DNA from: Deltaproteobacteria bacterium | GTDB lineage: Bacteria > Desulfobacterota > Binatia > Binatales > Binataceae | Direction: 5' to 3' | Length of the DNA stretch: 64,000 bases | NCBI GenBank assembly: GCA_021801125.1 | Contig: JAJYYI010000127.1 | Span: 3,835 to 67,834 of the forward strand | Shown: positions 9,653-21,578 of the stretch, piece by piece | How positions within the stretch are numbered: position 1 is the first letter of the stretch | Layout of the letters: each line of letters opens with the position of its first letter | Made by a program: the position numbers and the translations under genes | The notes under the pieces: model-generated | The model's input: only the letters and a program-made list of their open reading frames with translations | What the model was told of the DNA's origin: nothing | Database searches by the model: none

Positions 9653-10100
9653 TAAGAGCCCTTAATTTTTAAATAAAAGTTCATAGATCCATGTCGTATT
9701 AGGGCCCTAGCCGACCCGTTGCCGGAAGTAGACGACCAAGCAGACGGGCGCGCGGGGGCTTTTGCTCCGTCGGTTGATCGCAGCCGCCGAAGCCGCAAGA
9801 CGGACTGAACGACCGTTATATCGATAACGAACCGTCAAAAGACTGCGGCTGCCCAGTCCGCGCGTTTTGGTATCGCGCTCCCGGAAAGAAACTCAACCGG
9901 CCGGCACGATTGAGGCTTAAGCCGTATTTTTATGCGCGAAGGCTATTCTCCTGCGGCGGCCGGAAAAGATCCAAAGCGCGATAAAGACGCCATTTCTACG
10001 ACTAGATGGCGTTGGGCCACCCTGTGCAGCTTCGTGCTCACGTCATTGCCAGGCGGAAGCCCCCACGCCAACGTTGGCCCGCGCAGGCACCCGAATAGAT

Positions 10101-10175
10101 TGGTGGGCGGTGCAGGGTTCGAACCTGCGACCTACGGCTTGTAAGGCCGGCGCTCTTCCACTGAGCTAACCGCCC
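10101..10175 (-). tRNA. tRNA-Val (anticodon TAC), 75 nt including the encoded CCA.
   Basis: The reverse complement is GGGCGGTTAGCTCAGTGGAAGAGCGCCGGCCTTACAAGCCGTAGGTCGCAGGTTCGAACCCTGCACCGCCCACCA. The acceptor stem GGGCGGT/ACCGCCC is 7 bp, the T-loop is TTCGAAC, and the anticodon loop CTTACAA gives anticodon TAC. Confidence 0.85.
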
Positions 10176-10226
10176 GACTGACACGGGCTCGTCTGTCGGC
10201 GGTCCCCCCGGCCTGGGCGGCTGCGC

Positions 10227-10538
10227 TCACGATACCGGAGCTGCAGTAGGAGCCGCCTCAGCATCCTGGTTCAGGGAATCCTTGAGCTGCTTGCCCGCTC
10301 TGAATTTTGCCGAACGGCCCCCGGCTATCTGAATCGATTCGCCGGTCTTGGGGTTACGTCCGCTTCGGGGGCGTCGAATCGAGACCGCAAAGGTGCCAAA
10401 GCCCGATATGCTCACCCGCTCGCCTTGCTTCAGCGCGCCAGTGATCTCGTCGATTATAATGTTGATTGCGTGCTCGGCTTCGCTCCGATTGAGTCCCGCC
10501 TTAGCTGCCAGCCCCTCGATCAACTCGGTTTTCGTCAT
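10227..10538 (-). CDS. hup: HU family DNA-binding protein.
   Basis: MTKTELIEGLAAKAGLNRSEAEHAINIIIDEITGAL...RVSISGFGTFAVSIRRPRSGRNPKTGESIQI. This is the canonical HU/IHF fold sequence with an Ala/Pro C-terminal tail. Confidence 0.85.
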   Translation of the reverse strand: MTKTELIEGLAAKAGLNRSEAEHAINIIIDEITGALKQGERVSISGFGTFAVSIRRPRSGRNPKTGESIQIAGGRSAKFRAGKQLKDSLNQDAEAAPTAAPVS

Positions 10539-10650
10539 ATTGCCTATCGGCGCGGCGCGCCCCGTCCGGGCGACCCGCTACAGCCACCCACCGTATGATT
10601 TAACCACTTAAGCCCGCTTAAGCTCGCAAAGTATACTGCCGCGTCGCAAC

Positions 10651-13137
10651 TTAGAAGTTCGGCGGCACGGCCGGGCCTTCTTCCACCTCACCCTCTTCGC
10701 TAACCTCGGCAGCCGGTTCGTCATGGCTCGGCGCAAGCGGCGATGACGCTTCCATCGCGGAAGACGAAAGAAACGTTTCGCGACGATCAGCGCCTATCAG
10801 AGCACATCGCAGCACCTCATCCATATCCTCGACCTGGGTCAGAGTCACGTTTTTCAGGATGGCAGCCGGAATCTCCTCGATATCCTTGGCATTCTCCTTC
10901 GGCAGCAGCACCTCCTTGATGCCTCCCCGATGGGCCGCTAACACCTTTTCCTTGAGTCCGCCAATTGGCAAAACACGTCCACGTAGGGTAATTTCACCCG
11001 TCATCGCCAGGTCGTTGCGTACCGGCATCCGGCATAACGCTGAAACCAGCGCCGTCGCCACGGTAATACCGGCTGAAGGGCCGTCCTTCGGCGTTGCGCC
11101 CTCGGGTATATGGATATGGACGTCCACCTTCTGGTAGAACGTCGGGTCCAGATCGAGCATCTTGGCGCGGGATCGCACGTAGGACATCGCTGCGCGCGCG
11201 CTTTCCTGCATCACTTCCCCGAGTTGACCGGTGACTGTGAGCTTGCCGCGACCGGGCATGATCGTAACCTCCACGCCCAGCAGTTCGCCTCCGTTTTCGG
11301 TCCAGGCCAGACCCGTAGCGACGCCGACCTGCGGGTCGCTCTCGGCGAGCCCGTAGCGAAAGCGCGTCGGGCCGAGGTATTTCGATAGGTTGGCGGCGTT
11401 GACCTTAACGTTCGCGTTGCGATCGTTCTTGACCACTTCGACCGCCGCCTTGCGGCAAATCGCCGCGATCTCGCGCTCCAAGTTGCGCACGCCCGACTCG
11501 CGGGTATAACGCCGGACTACGCCCAGAAGCGCCTGGTCGGAAAATTCAATATTTTCTTCCTTGAGTCCATTGGCTTCGCGCTGCTTTTTCACCAGATAGC
11601 GCTTGGCGATGTTGAGCTTTTCGTGCTCCGTGTACCCTGGCAGTCGGATTATCTCCATGCGGTCTTGCAGCGGGCGCGGAATGCGCTCCAGCATATTGGC
11701 CGTTGTAATGAAGATAACCTTCGAGAGGTCGTAGTCTACGTCGAGGTAATGGTCGTTGAAGGCGCAGTTCTGCTCCGGGTCGAGCACCTCAAGCAATGCA
11801 GAGGACGGGTCACCACGAAAGTCGGTCGACATCTTGTCGACCTCGTCAAGCAGAAAAACCGGATTGCCGGAACCCGCCTTTCTCATCCCCTGGATTATCT
11901 TGCCCGGCAACGCTCCGATGTAGGTCCGCCGATGGCCACGAATCTCGGCCTCGTCACGCACCCCGCCCAGTGAGATGCGCACGAACTTACGTCCCGTGGC
12001 GCGCGCGATGGAACGGCCCAGAGACGTTTTTCCCACTCCCGGGGGCCCCACCAGGCATAGGATAGGTCCTTTTATTTCACCCACCAGCGCCTGCACGGCC
12101 AAGTATTCCAGAATCCGCTGCTTGACCTTTTCAAGACCGTAATGGTCCTCTTCCAGAATCCGCTCCGCCTCCTTGAGGTCGAGCTTGTCCTCGGTATACT
12201 CGTACCAGGGCAGCGACAGCAGCCAGTCGAGGTAGTTGCGCACCACGGTGGCCTCGGCGGACATCGGCGACATCATCTTGAGCTTCTTTATCTCGCGCTC
12301 ACACTTCTCGCGCGCCTCGGCCGACATCCGCTTCTCGCGCAGCTTTTCCTCCAGCTCCTGGATCTCGTTCTTGAATTCGTCCTTCTCGCCCAATTCCTTT
12401 TGGATCGCGCGCATCTGCTCGTTGAGGTAATACTCCTTCTGGGTCTTTTCCATCTGCTTTTTGACCCGATTGCGGATGCGCTTTTCGACCTCCAATATTT
12501 CCAGCTCTGAGCGCATATAGCCCAACAGGCGCTCCAAGCGCTCGGCCGGATTCGCTACCTCGAGCAAAGCCTGCTTGTCTTCCAGCTTGATCGCCACTTG
12601 CCCCACCAGCTTGTCGGCGAGATAAGCGGGATCGTCGATAGCGGCGATTGAGGCAACGACTTCAGGCGGAACTTTGCGATTCAGGCGCGCGTAGTTGTCG
12701 AAGGTCGTTCCCACCGAGCGCATCAGGGCCTCGACCTCGGTCGTGCGCTCGCATCTCTCCTCAATCTCTTCGACCTCGACCTCAAAGAGCTCATCAACCC
12801 TGATGTAGCGCAGGATACGAGCGCGCCGCTTGCCCTCGACCAGCGCCTTGACGGTACCGTCAGGCAGCCGCAGGAATTGCACGATCACTCCCAGCGCACC
12901 CACGCGATAGATGTCCTCAGGCGCGGGCTCCGAGACTCGGGCGTCCTTTTGCGCCGCCAGCAACAACAGCCTCTTATGCGCTTGAGCCTCTTCCAGCGCG
13001 CGAATCGACTTTTGGCGCCCGACGAAAATCGGATAAACCTCGTGGGGGAAGACGATGAGCTCACGCAACGGTAACAGGGGGGCACTCTTGGTGGGGTTCA
13101 CGTCGCGATCATCCTTTCTGTCATTGCGAAACAGCAT
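10651..13137 (-). CDS. lon: ATP-dependent protease Lon (La).
   Basis: 828 aa. Lon N-domain, Walker [10 protein letters not shown] and the serine catalytic site [10 protein letters not shown]. It has an acidic C-terminal extension. Confidence 0.95.
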   Translation of the reverse strand: MLFRNDRKDDRDVNPTKSAPLLPLRELIVFPHEVYPIFVGRQKSIRALEEAQAHKRLLLLAAQKDARVSEPAPEDIYRVGALGVIVQFLRLPDGTVKALVEGKRRARILRYIRVDELFEVEVEEIEERCERTTEVEALMRSVGTTFDNYARLNRKVPPEVVASIAAIDDPAYLADKLVGQVAIKLEDKQALLEVANPAERLERLLGYMRSELEILEVEKRIRNRVKKQMEKTQKEYYLNEQMRAIQKELGEKDEFKNEIQELEEKLREKRMSAEAREKCEREIKKLKMMSPMSAEATVVRNYLDWLLSLPWYEYTEDKLDLKEAERILEEDHYGLEKVKQRILEYLAVQALVGEIKGPILCLVGPPGVGKTSLGRSIARATGRKFVRISLGGVRDEAEIRGHRRTYIGALPGKIIQGMRKAGSGNPVFLLDEVDKMSTDFRGDPSSALLEVLDPEQNCAFNDHYLDVDYDLSKVIFITTANMLERIPRPLQDRMEIIRLPGYTEHEKLNIAKRYLVKKQREANGLKEENIEFSDQALLGVVRRYTRESGVRNLEREIAAICRKAAVEVVKNDRNANVKVNAANLSKYLGPTRFRYGLAESDPQVGVATGLAWTENGGELLGVEVTIMPGRGKLTVTGQLGEVMQESARAAMSYVRSRAKMLDLDPTFYQKVDVHIHIPEGATPKDGPSAGITVATALVSALCRMPVRNDLAMTGEITLRGRVLPIGGLKEKVLAAHRGGIKEVLLPKENAKDIEEIPAAILKNVTLTQVEDMDEVLRCALIGADRRETFLSSSAMEASSPLAPSHDEPAAEVSEEGEVEEGPAVPPNF

Positions 13138-13171
13138 CTTCTGCTATGGCCCCGCTCACACATGGGTCGGC

Positions 13172-14422
<1,251 letters not shown>

Positions 14423-14442
14423 ATTCCCTCCAGCGCTTCGGT

Positions 14443-15084
14443 CTAGGCCCTTCGGGTTACGATTATCTCATCGACAAGCCCATACTCAACCGCCTGGGCG
14501 GGGTCCATGAAAAGGTCGCGGTCGGTATCTTTCTCGATTTTCCGCAGGCTCTGGCCGGTATGTTTCGCCAGGATGTTATTGATCTCCTCGCGCAGACGCA
14601 AAATTTCGCGCGCCTGAATTTCGATGTCACTTGCCTGCCCCTGCGCTCCGCCCAGCGGCTGATGCATCATAATCCGCGAGTGCGGCAAGGCAAACCGCCG
14701 CCCCTTTTCGCCAGCTGCCAAGAGCACCGCGGCCATGCTCGCCGCCTGTCCCAAGCACACCGTCGAGACCGGCGGCTTGATGAATTGCATCGTGTCGTAA
14801 ATCGCCAGACCCGCAGAGACCGAACCTCCGGGCGAGTGGATGTAGAAACTGATCTCCTTATCCGGCTCTTCCGCTTCCAAAAACAGCAGTTGAGCCGTGA
14901 TAAGGTTGGCGACATCATCGTTGATCTCGCTGCCCAAGAAAACGATCCGATCCTTGAGCAGGCGGGAGTAGATGTCGTAAGCGCGCTCACCCCGCGCCGT
15001 CTGTTCCACTACGATGGGGACCAGGTTGGCTACGACCGGGCTTCGCACACTTCGTCGATCGCTTGAAGCCATGCGTTCGCGCAC
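14443..15084 (-). CDS. clpP: ATP-dependent Clp protease proteolytic subunit ClpP.
   Basis: [24 protein letters not shown]...[14 protein letters not shown] covers the catalytic Ser/His region. Confidence 0.95.
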   Translation of the reverse strand: MRERMASSDRRSVRSPVVANLVPIVVEQTARGERAYDIYSRLLKDRIVFLGSEINDDVANLITAQLLFLEAEEPDKEISFYIHSPGGSVSAGLAIYDTMQFIKPPVSTVCLGQAASMAAVLLAAGEKGRRFALPHSRIMMHQPLGGAQGQASDIEIQAREILRLREEINNILAKHTGQSLRKIEKDTDRDLFMDPAQAVEYGLVDEIIVTRRA

Positions 15085-15140
15085 CTCTTCATTTTAGTGC
15101 GTTTGAGAAATCCGGGCAACATAAGGCGTCGCCGTGGGGC

Positions 15141-16442
15141 TCAAGCCTCAGTGGGTTGCGCGGCATCACGCGGCTGCGAGTGCTCGACCAACCACTGCAA
15201 AGCCTTCTCGTGGCGCAGCGCCGCGCGAAGACCGAGACGGTTTTCCTCGCGCGCGTAGAATCTCGCCACGCGCTCTCGCTCGCGGCCACTCTCGCTCACC
15301 ATTCGCGCGACTCTGGCCGCCAGCTCGTCGTCGCTCACCTCGATGTTCTCCTGAGCAGCCAGCGCGTCAACGATCAGCCGCTCGCGCACCCGCTTCGCGG
15401 CAAGATCGTTGAGCTCCTCACGGCGACCGCGCACGCGCTCTAAAGCCTCTTCCTCGCCGAGCCCCTCAGCGCGCAGCCGCGCGACGACCTCCGCCTCTAT
15501 CCGCGCCGCCTCGCGCGCGACCATCGAGGCCGGCGCCTCCACCGGATTGCGTTCGAGCAACAGCTTGAGCGCCTGCTGACGCGCCTGTTCCAGCGCGCGC
15601 TCCTTGGCCTGCGCCAAAAGCGTCTGTCGCGTCTGTTCGCGCAACTGCGCCAAGCTTTCGAACGTCCCCAAGTCCCGCGCGAAGTCGTCGTCGAGCGCCG
15701 GCAACTCCCGATACAGTATGTCCTTCACCACGACGGTCCATTCGATTGTGCGGCCGCGCAGATGAGGCTCCCCATAGTCGTCGGGATAGCTCTTGGTCAA
15801 ATGCTTGGGCTCGCCCAAGCGGGCGCCCTTCATAAGCTCGAAAAGGCCATGCCTTAGCGCGCCTTCGGCGATTTCGACGAGCTGCGGCTCGCCACTCACC
15901 TCTGAGAGCGGCCTGCCGTCCGCTTGCGCGGTCACCTGCACCAGCGCCAGGTCGCCCGCTTCAACCTCCGAACGCTCCTGGACCTTCTTGAGCGGCGCAT
16001 GACTGCGGCGCAATCCTTCGAGCACTTCCGCGATCTCTTCTTCACGCACCTCGACGGGCTGGGGCGCAAGATCCCACCCCTGATAATCCTTGACCACTAT
16101 CTCCGGCTTCAGATCGAATACCGCAGCGAAGCGCAAAAGCTTGGGAAAGTCCGCCTCTTCGGTTACTATCTCCGGGTCTACCGCTGGTTTCAGCGCGTGA
16201 TCGGCAAGCGCCTTTTCGGTTGATTCGCGGATGAGCTTTTGCATCACTTCGCCGCGCACTTGGTCGCCGAAAAAGCGCTCCAGCAAGCGACGGGGAGCTC
16301 GACCTGGGCGAAAACCTTTCAGTCGGACCTGGCGTCCGAGTTCGCGATACGCTTGATCAAGCTCTCGCTCGATCTCTTCCGCGCCAAGCTCGATCGTCAA
16401 TTTGCGCCGCAGATCAGAGGGGCTCTCGAGATTTATGTTCAT
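15141..16442 (-). CDS. tig: Trigger factor.
   Basis: The track ORF 15141..16604 has a 54-aa spurious N-terminal extension. The conserved start MNINLESPSDLRRKLTIEL is at 16442. The PPIase and C-terminal domains are present. Confidence 0.9.
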   Translation of the reverse strand: MNINLESPSDLRRKLTIELGAEEIERELDQAYRELGRQVRLKGFRPGRAPRRLLERFFGDQVRGEVMQKLIRESTEKALADHALKPAVDPEIVTEEADFPKLLRFAAVFDLKPEIVVKDYQGWDLAPQPVEVREEEIAEVLEGLRRSHAPLKKVQERSEVEAGDLALVQVTAQADGRPLSEVSGEPQLVEIAEGALRHGLFELMKGARLGEPKHLTKSYPDDYGEPHLRGRTIEWTVVVKDILYRELPALDDDFARDLGTFESLAQLREQTRQTLLAQAKERALEQARQQALKLLLERNPVEAPASMVAREAARIEAEVVARLRAEGLGEEEALERVRGRREELNDLAAKRVRERLIVDALAAQENIEVSDDELAARVARMVSESGRERERVARFYAREENRLGLRAALRHEKALQWLVEHSQPRDAAQPTEA

Positions 16443-16870
16443 ACGTGGAAACCCTAGCCTTCTGAATAAGATCGGTAAACTGCCGTTTCGGCTAATCAGT
16501 TCAAGCAGACGCTGGCGGGAGGTGCAACCGGCGACCGTCGAAATCCGGCGCAACGTCGCCACCGCCCCCGACCCGAACCAACCCGCTTCGCGGAAGACGA
16601 CCACCGTAGCAAAAGTTTCGCGGGGGATCTTCCCTTCCCGATTTGAAGCATTTTGCGTGCCATCGAGGCGCCTAACAAGCTCGTGCGCTCATTTGAGCAT
16701 TGCTAGATCGGTCATCAAAAGCCATTGGAGACTGCTGTGCACTCTTGACTGCCGACCCAGCGCTGGATTATTTGCGAGCAATAGGTATACTGCTGAGCCT
16801 ACCACTCGTAGCATAATTATCCTTTAGGGTTGTTGTTGTCGTCTATCATTACTACGGAGGCCCTCGGCCG

Positions 16871-19150
16871 ATGAGTGAGTCAAATATAGTGTTGCCCGCC
16901 CTAACCGGCGGGCAGGTAACAATTCTGTGGTTGGTATTACTGTCCGCGGTGATTGCGCTACTTTACGGGTTGCAACTGGTCAAAGTGGTGATGAGCGCAA
17001 GCGCGGGACCCAAATCGTTAACCGACGTTTCCGATGCCATCGAGGAAGGCGCCATGGCCTACCTTGCCCGCCAAGTCAGAACGATGCGTTGGTTTGTCTT
17101 GGCGATCACGGTTGGTCTTTTCATACTCTACCGACGGGTCTACCCTGGATTTGCCCTGCCATTCGGCATTTCGATTGCGTTCCTGATGGGCGTCAGCGCC
17201 TCGTACGGCGCCGGCTACGTCGGCATGTGGCTGGCGGTCAAGGGCAATGTGCGCAGCGCCAACGCCGCGCTGACCGGCTTTAAGGAGGCGATGGAGCTAG
17301 CGTTCAAGGCTGGCGGCGTCTCCGGCATGTTCACCGTCGGGCTTGGTCTTCTGGGCGCGACGATTATCTTCCTCATATTCCGCGAGAACGCGATGAAGGT
17401 GCTGGTCGGCTTCGGCTTTGGTGGCTCGCTCGCGGCGCTTTTCATGCGCGTAGGCGGCGGAATTTACACCAAAGCGGCCGACGTTGGCGGCGACCTCGTG
17501 GGCAAGGTCGAAGCGGGTATTCCCGAGGATGATCCGCGCAACGCGGCGACCATCGCTGACAACGTGGGCGACAACGTGGGCGACTGCGCCGGCATGGCCG
17601 CCGACGTGTTCGAGTCGTACGAGGTCACGCTGGTGGCAGCGATCATTCTGGCTGCTTACGCCATGAGCGAGCCCGACTTCGTAAAGATTTACGGCGCGGC
17701 TTCCGGGGCGTTCGCTATGAAGCTCGTGATCTTTGCGCTGGTGCTGCGCGCGGTCGGAGTCTTCTCGTCGATCTTGGGCATAATGGCGGTACGAGTACCC
17801 GCCGGCAGCACGATGATCGATCCGATGCGCCCGATCGTAAACGGATACGTGGTATCGGCGCTCGCCTCGATAGTCGGGTTCTTCATCGTCAACTACTTCT
17901 TCATCCAAGACCCGCGCACCGGCGGCACCGACTGGCGTTTTTCGGTGGTTGCAACCTTCGGCATCTTGCTCGCCGTGGCCACCCTATGGTTGACCAATTA
18001 CTTTACCCATCCTGATCGTCGCCCGACCACCGAGACCGCAACTTCGGCCAGAACCGGCGTGGCGACATTGATTCTCAGCGGCCTTGCCGAAGGTATGGAA
18101 GCTTCGGTGTGGGCGGTTCTAATGATTGCGGTCGCAATTATCGGCGCGATGGCGGTGTTTCACGAATCGCTTGCGCTTCAGTTCTACGGCATCGCCTTAA
18201 CCGGCTTGGGGCTTCTGACCACGACCGGTTTTATTCTGGCGATGGACACTTACGGACCGATCACCGACAACGCGCACGGTATCTTCGAGATGGGCGGAGT
18301 TCATCGCGAAGAGGCGTCGCGCACGCTCTCCTGGATGGACGCGATCGGCAACACGACCAAAGCGCTGACCAAGGGGCTGGCTATCGCCACCGCGGTTATC
18401 GCCGCCGTCTCGCTTTTCCGCTCCTTTATTGACGAGGCGCATCTGGGCGCCATCGGCGTGCAGGTGAACATGCCGACGGTGTTCGTCGGTCTGCTCATCG
18501 GCGGCGCCGTGCCGTTTCTGTTCAGCTCGTTCGCCCTCAAAGCGGTGGGTCGCGCGGCCTTCGGCGTTGTGGTTGAGGTGCGCCGCCAGTTCCGCGAGCA
18601 TCCCGGCATCATGGAGTACAAAGAGCGTCCCGACTATCGCCGCTGCGTAGACATTGTCACCGCCACGGCGCAGAAAGAGCTGCTCGGCCCTGGCATTCTG
18701 GCCATTTTCGCGCCCCTGTTGGTCGCCTTCGCGCTCGGTGTTGGAGCCCTGGGCGGCTTCCTCGGCGGTACGATTCTATGCGCGCAGCTGCTCGCCGTGT
18801 TCATGTCGGACGGCGGGGCCACCTGGGACAACGCGAAGAAGAAAATCGAAGACGGTTTTCTCGGCGGCAAGGGAACCGAGATTCATAAGGCCGCGGTGGT
18901 AGGTGACACCGTTGGCGACCCGTTCAAGGACACCGCGGGTCCCGCGCTGAACCCGATGATCAAGGTGATGAACCTCGTGGCGATCCTAGCCGCGCCCTTC
19001 GCGCCGAGCAGCGCCTCCGGGCTCACCTTCGGCCGCGTTCTGGTGGTCATTCTAAGCCTGGTCTTGCTGGCGATTGCGGTTGGGCTCTCCAAGCGGGGCT
19101 CCATTGTCGAGGCACAGGCTGGACAAAAAGGGACCGCCGAGGCCGCGTAG
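16871..19150 (+). CDS. hppA: Membrane-bound proton-translocating pyrophosphatase, K+-independent type.
   Basis: 759 aa polytopic protein. Motifs GGG(I/L)YTKAADVGADL(V)GKVE and DNVGDNVGD. GNTTKA (Lys rather than Ala) indicates K+ independence. Confidence 0.95.
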   Translation: MSESNIVLPALTGGQVTILWLVLLSAVIALLYGLQLVKVVMSASAGPKSLTDVSDAIEEGAMAYLARQVRTMRWFVLAITVGLFILYRRVYPGFALPFGISIAFLMGVSASYGAGYVGMWLAVKGNVRSANAALTGFKEAMELAFKAGGVSGMFTVGLGLLGATIIFLIFRENAMKVLVGFGFGGSLAALFMRVGGGIYTKAADVGGDLVGKVEAGIPEDDPRNAATIADNVGDNVGDCAGMAADVFESYEVTLVAAIILAAYAMSEPDFVKIYGAASGAFAMKLVIFALVLRAVGVFSSILGIMAVRVPAGSTMIDPMRPIVNGYVVSALASIVGFFIVNYFFIQDPRTGGTDWRFSVVATFGILLAVATLWLTNYFTHPDRRPTTETATSARTGVATLILSGLAEGMEASVWAVLMIAVAIIGAMAVFHESLALQFYGIALTGLGLLTTTGFILAMDTYGPITDNAHGIFEMGGVHREEASRTLSWMDAIGNTTKALTKGLAIATAVIAAVSLFRSFIDEAHLGAIGVQVNMPTVFVGLLIGGAVPFLFSSFALKAVGRAAFGVVVEVRRQFREHPGIMEYKERPDYRRCVDIVTATAQKELLGPGILAIFAPLLVAFALGVGALGGFLGGTILCAQLLAVFMSDGGATWDNAKKKIEDGFLGGKGTEIHKAAVVGDTVGDPFKDTAGPALNPMIKVMNLVAILAAPFAPSSASGLTFGRVLVVILSLVLLAIAVGLSKRGSIVEAQAGQKGTAEAA

Positions 19151-19197
19151 CTCCCGCAGCGTCGTTGCGGGAAGACTGTTCCCGCCCTTGACCACAA

Positions 19198-19239
19198 GCA
19201 GTTCCGCAGCGCTAGCTAAGGTTAGCGCTGCGGAACTGC
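19198..19239. terminator. Perfect 17-bp inverted repeat (GCAGTTCCGCAGCGCTA-gctaaggt-TAGCGCTGCGGAACTGC) between convergent genes. Probable bidirectional intrinsic terminator.
   Basis: Read directly. It overlaps the stop codon of the minus-strand ORF 19222..19581 and lies 48 nt after the hppA stop. A GATTTTG run follows on the plus strand. Confidence 0.45.
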
Positions 19240-19581
19240 CGCTGTAGACGCTGGATTTTGAGAGAAAGCCGCGCCTTGCGAAGCGGCCGAGGTACCGCTT
19301 TGGGGGTCGGCGCCGAGCCGCTGGCGTAGCATCTGTCGCTCGAACTCCGGACTGATACCTTCGCCGCGCGTCAGCTTCGCCCGGTCCTTCGGGCTCATTT
19401 GGGCCCATATGTAAGCGGCAGAGATTGCGTCCCCCCGGCTTACCGCGGAGTAGTACTGCTCTTGAGGCGTCGGACTATGATGAAACGGCCAGCATCCAGC
19501 CGCCACGAAGAGCATAGCCCCGGCGGCAAGCCGGCTGACAGCCGCAGACGCAAGGCTACGCGGTATGACGCTCCGTGTCAT
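19222..19581 (-). CDS. Hypothetical secreted protein or possible lipoprotein (119 aa).
   Basis: Signal-like N-terminus (LFVAAGC). I recognise no family. Confidence 0.4.
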   Translation of the reverse strand: MTRSVIPRSLASAAVSRLAAGAMLFVAAGCWPFHHSPTPQEQYYSAVSRGDAISAAYIWAQMSPKDRAKLTRGEGISPEFERQMLRQRLGADPQSGTSAASQGAAFSQNPASTAAVPQR

Positions 19582-19797
19582 AGCAGATATCGTCTCGCGG
19601 ACTTTGACAAAATAAAGCTCTAGCGTGAAACCTAGCCCGCGCTAAAGCCGCGCCCGAACATTGCGCCGTGTTAGGGCCGCGCGTCTGTATCCAGCCTCGG
19701 CAAGTGGCTCGCGCGCTCATCGGATCCCCGCATGCGGCGCATCGCCAGACTGCTCTTAGGGCACTTTGGACGCCCCGTGGACTTTTAAGCGCCCTCT

Positions 19798-20889
19798 ATG
19801 GCTGAAATAATAACCCTGATGCAATTGAGCAGCGAAAACGTAGCCGCTAAGGCCGAAGACATTCTGCGCCGTGTTCTTTATCCCGGCTACAACAGTGACA
19901 TAGTCAGCCTCGGCGTTGTAGAGGAGATAAAAGCGGCTCCTGAAGAAGGCGTTGTCGTTACGTTGCGCCACGCCGGCTTGCGAGAGGACACAATACAAGA
20001 AGTAGCACGCCAGGCGCGCCAGCTTCTCGTCACCGAGCTTGAGTTGCCGAAGGTCGAGGTGATGGTGCGCCGCCTTGATCCCGAATTAGGCGAGCGTACC
20101 GGACGCGTCGCCCTTGACGGTGTGCGTTACGTGGTCGCTGTGGCGAGCGGCAAGGGTGGCGTAGGCAAGTCCACGGTGGCAGCCAATTTGGCGGTCGCGC
20201 TCAGCCACCTCGGCTATCGTGTGGGACTGCTCGACGCGGACATCTACGGTCCGTCGATCCCGATGATGTTCGGCACCGGGTCGGCGCGCCCGCAGAGCGC
20301 CGGAGAGCAACGCTTTCACCCGGTGGAACGTCACGGCGTGGCGTTGATCTCGATCGGCATGTTTCTGACCAGCCGCGCGCCGGTCATCTGGCGCGGTCCG
20401 ATGGTAATGAGCGCTGTACAGCAGTTCCTCAAAGAGACGGTCTGGGGGTCACGGGACTTTCTGGTAGTGGATCTGCCGCCCGGCACCGGCGACGCCCAGT
20501 TGACCCTGGCGCAGCAGGTTTGCCTGGACGGCGCCGTGATAGTCACCACCCCGCAGGACGTGGCGCTGTTGGACGCTCATCGCGCGCTCAGGATGCTTCG
20601 ACAGGTGCACTGCCCATTGCTCGGCATCGTCGAAAACATGAGTTATTTCGTATGTCCGGACTGCGGCGAGATGGACGAGGTTTTCGGCCACGGCGGCGGC
20701 GAAAGGTTGGCGCGCAACGAAAATCTCAAGCTGCTCTCACGCCTACCGCTCTACGGCGAGGTTCGCGAGGCCGGTGATCGGGGCGTTCCTCTGGTTTCGG
20801 CACAACCCGAGCATCCGGTCAGCCGGGCATTCGCGGAGCTCGCGCGAGAGGTTGCAGCCCAGGTTGAAGGGCAGAGCCGGTATAGCTGA
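19798..20889 (+). CDS. apbC: Mrp/NBP35/ApbC family iron-sulfur cluster carrier ATPase with an N-terminal DUF59-like domain.
   Basis: VAVASGKGGVGKSTVAANLAVAL (deviant Walker A) and a C-terminal CPxC-like region (CPDCGEMDEVFG). Confidence 0.9.
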   Translation: MAEIITLMQLSSENVAAKAEDILRRVLYPGYNSDIVSLGVVEEIKAAPEEGVVVTLRHAGLREDTIQEVARQARQLLVTELELPKVEVMVRRLDPELGERTGRVALDGVRYVVAVASGKGGVGKSTVAANLAVALSHLGYRVGLLDADIYGPSIPMMFGTGSARPQSAGEQRFHPVERHGVALISIGMFLTSRAPVIWRGPMVMSAVQQFLKETVWGSRDFLVVDLPPGTGDAQLTLAQQVCLDGAVIVTTPQDVALLDAHRALRMLRQVHCPLLGIVENMSYFVCPDCGEMDEVFGHGGGERLARNENLKLLSRLPLYGEVREAGDRGVPLVSAQPEHPVSRAFAELAREVAAQVEGQSRYS

Positions 20890-21578
20890 CAATAAAACAA
20901 CGCCGTTATGCTGGCGCTTTCAACCTAGGTTTGCTTTCCTAATGAACTAGCTGTCCGCTTGAATGGATGGAGGGCCTTGAGTTAAGCCGGTCCGAATTCG
21001 ATCAGCCTGGGGGCTGAGAGGGGGACCGCTCGCCCGATGCGAAAGGTCGAACAAAGGTTGAGCGGGCGAGGGGGATCTCATCAACCCGAGCTACCCTTCG
21101 GATGCTTCAAGGTCCCGGCTGGTCGATGTCGGTGGGGTGCGAGAATATTGGGCAGGGTTGAACGCGCGGTCGCGGCTGCCGGGCGAAGCGCCCCAAGCTG
21201 CCCACGCCAAGGAGGGAGCGCACAGCGATTCGCGTTTTCGGGTGTAACGGTTCAATCGTGCGCGAGCTTGCCGCACCGTGTTCGGCGACCGCATGTGACT
21301 GGGCGATAGTCAACCACGGCGACAGGGCGCAAGCGAAAAGCAGAAAGCGAGAGGTGACAAGACAGGCGCCATTGCCAGGCGTTGCCACGCGATGAGCATA
21401 CGCCCACGCGTGGCAACGGACCCGGGTATAGTTACGACCCCCTAGCACCCTTTGCGCTGCCGGGAAAGGAAGGCCGACCTCGGTTCAACCCTTCTACCCG
21501 CACGCGGTCCGGCCTGTACGAGGAATCGGGGTCAGGAACTCGCAACAAGAGCTCCGGCTGAAGTTCCAGAGGTTCTTC

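Noticed and set aside
8540-10100. attL/attR direct repeats of the tRNA-Val 3' end flanking the low-GC cassette.
   Set aside because: I searched by eye for copies of the GGTTCGAACC-containing tRNA 3' segment and found none. The mobile origin of the cassette therefore rests on composition and location only.
9932-10144. 70-aa plus-strand ORF.
   Set aside because: It overlaps the tRNA-Val gene and the AT-rich promoter region. No RBS is present.
17297-17908. 203-aa minus-strand ORF inside hppA.
   Set aside because: It is antisense to a very well supported pyrophosphatase gene.
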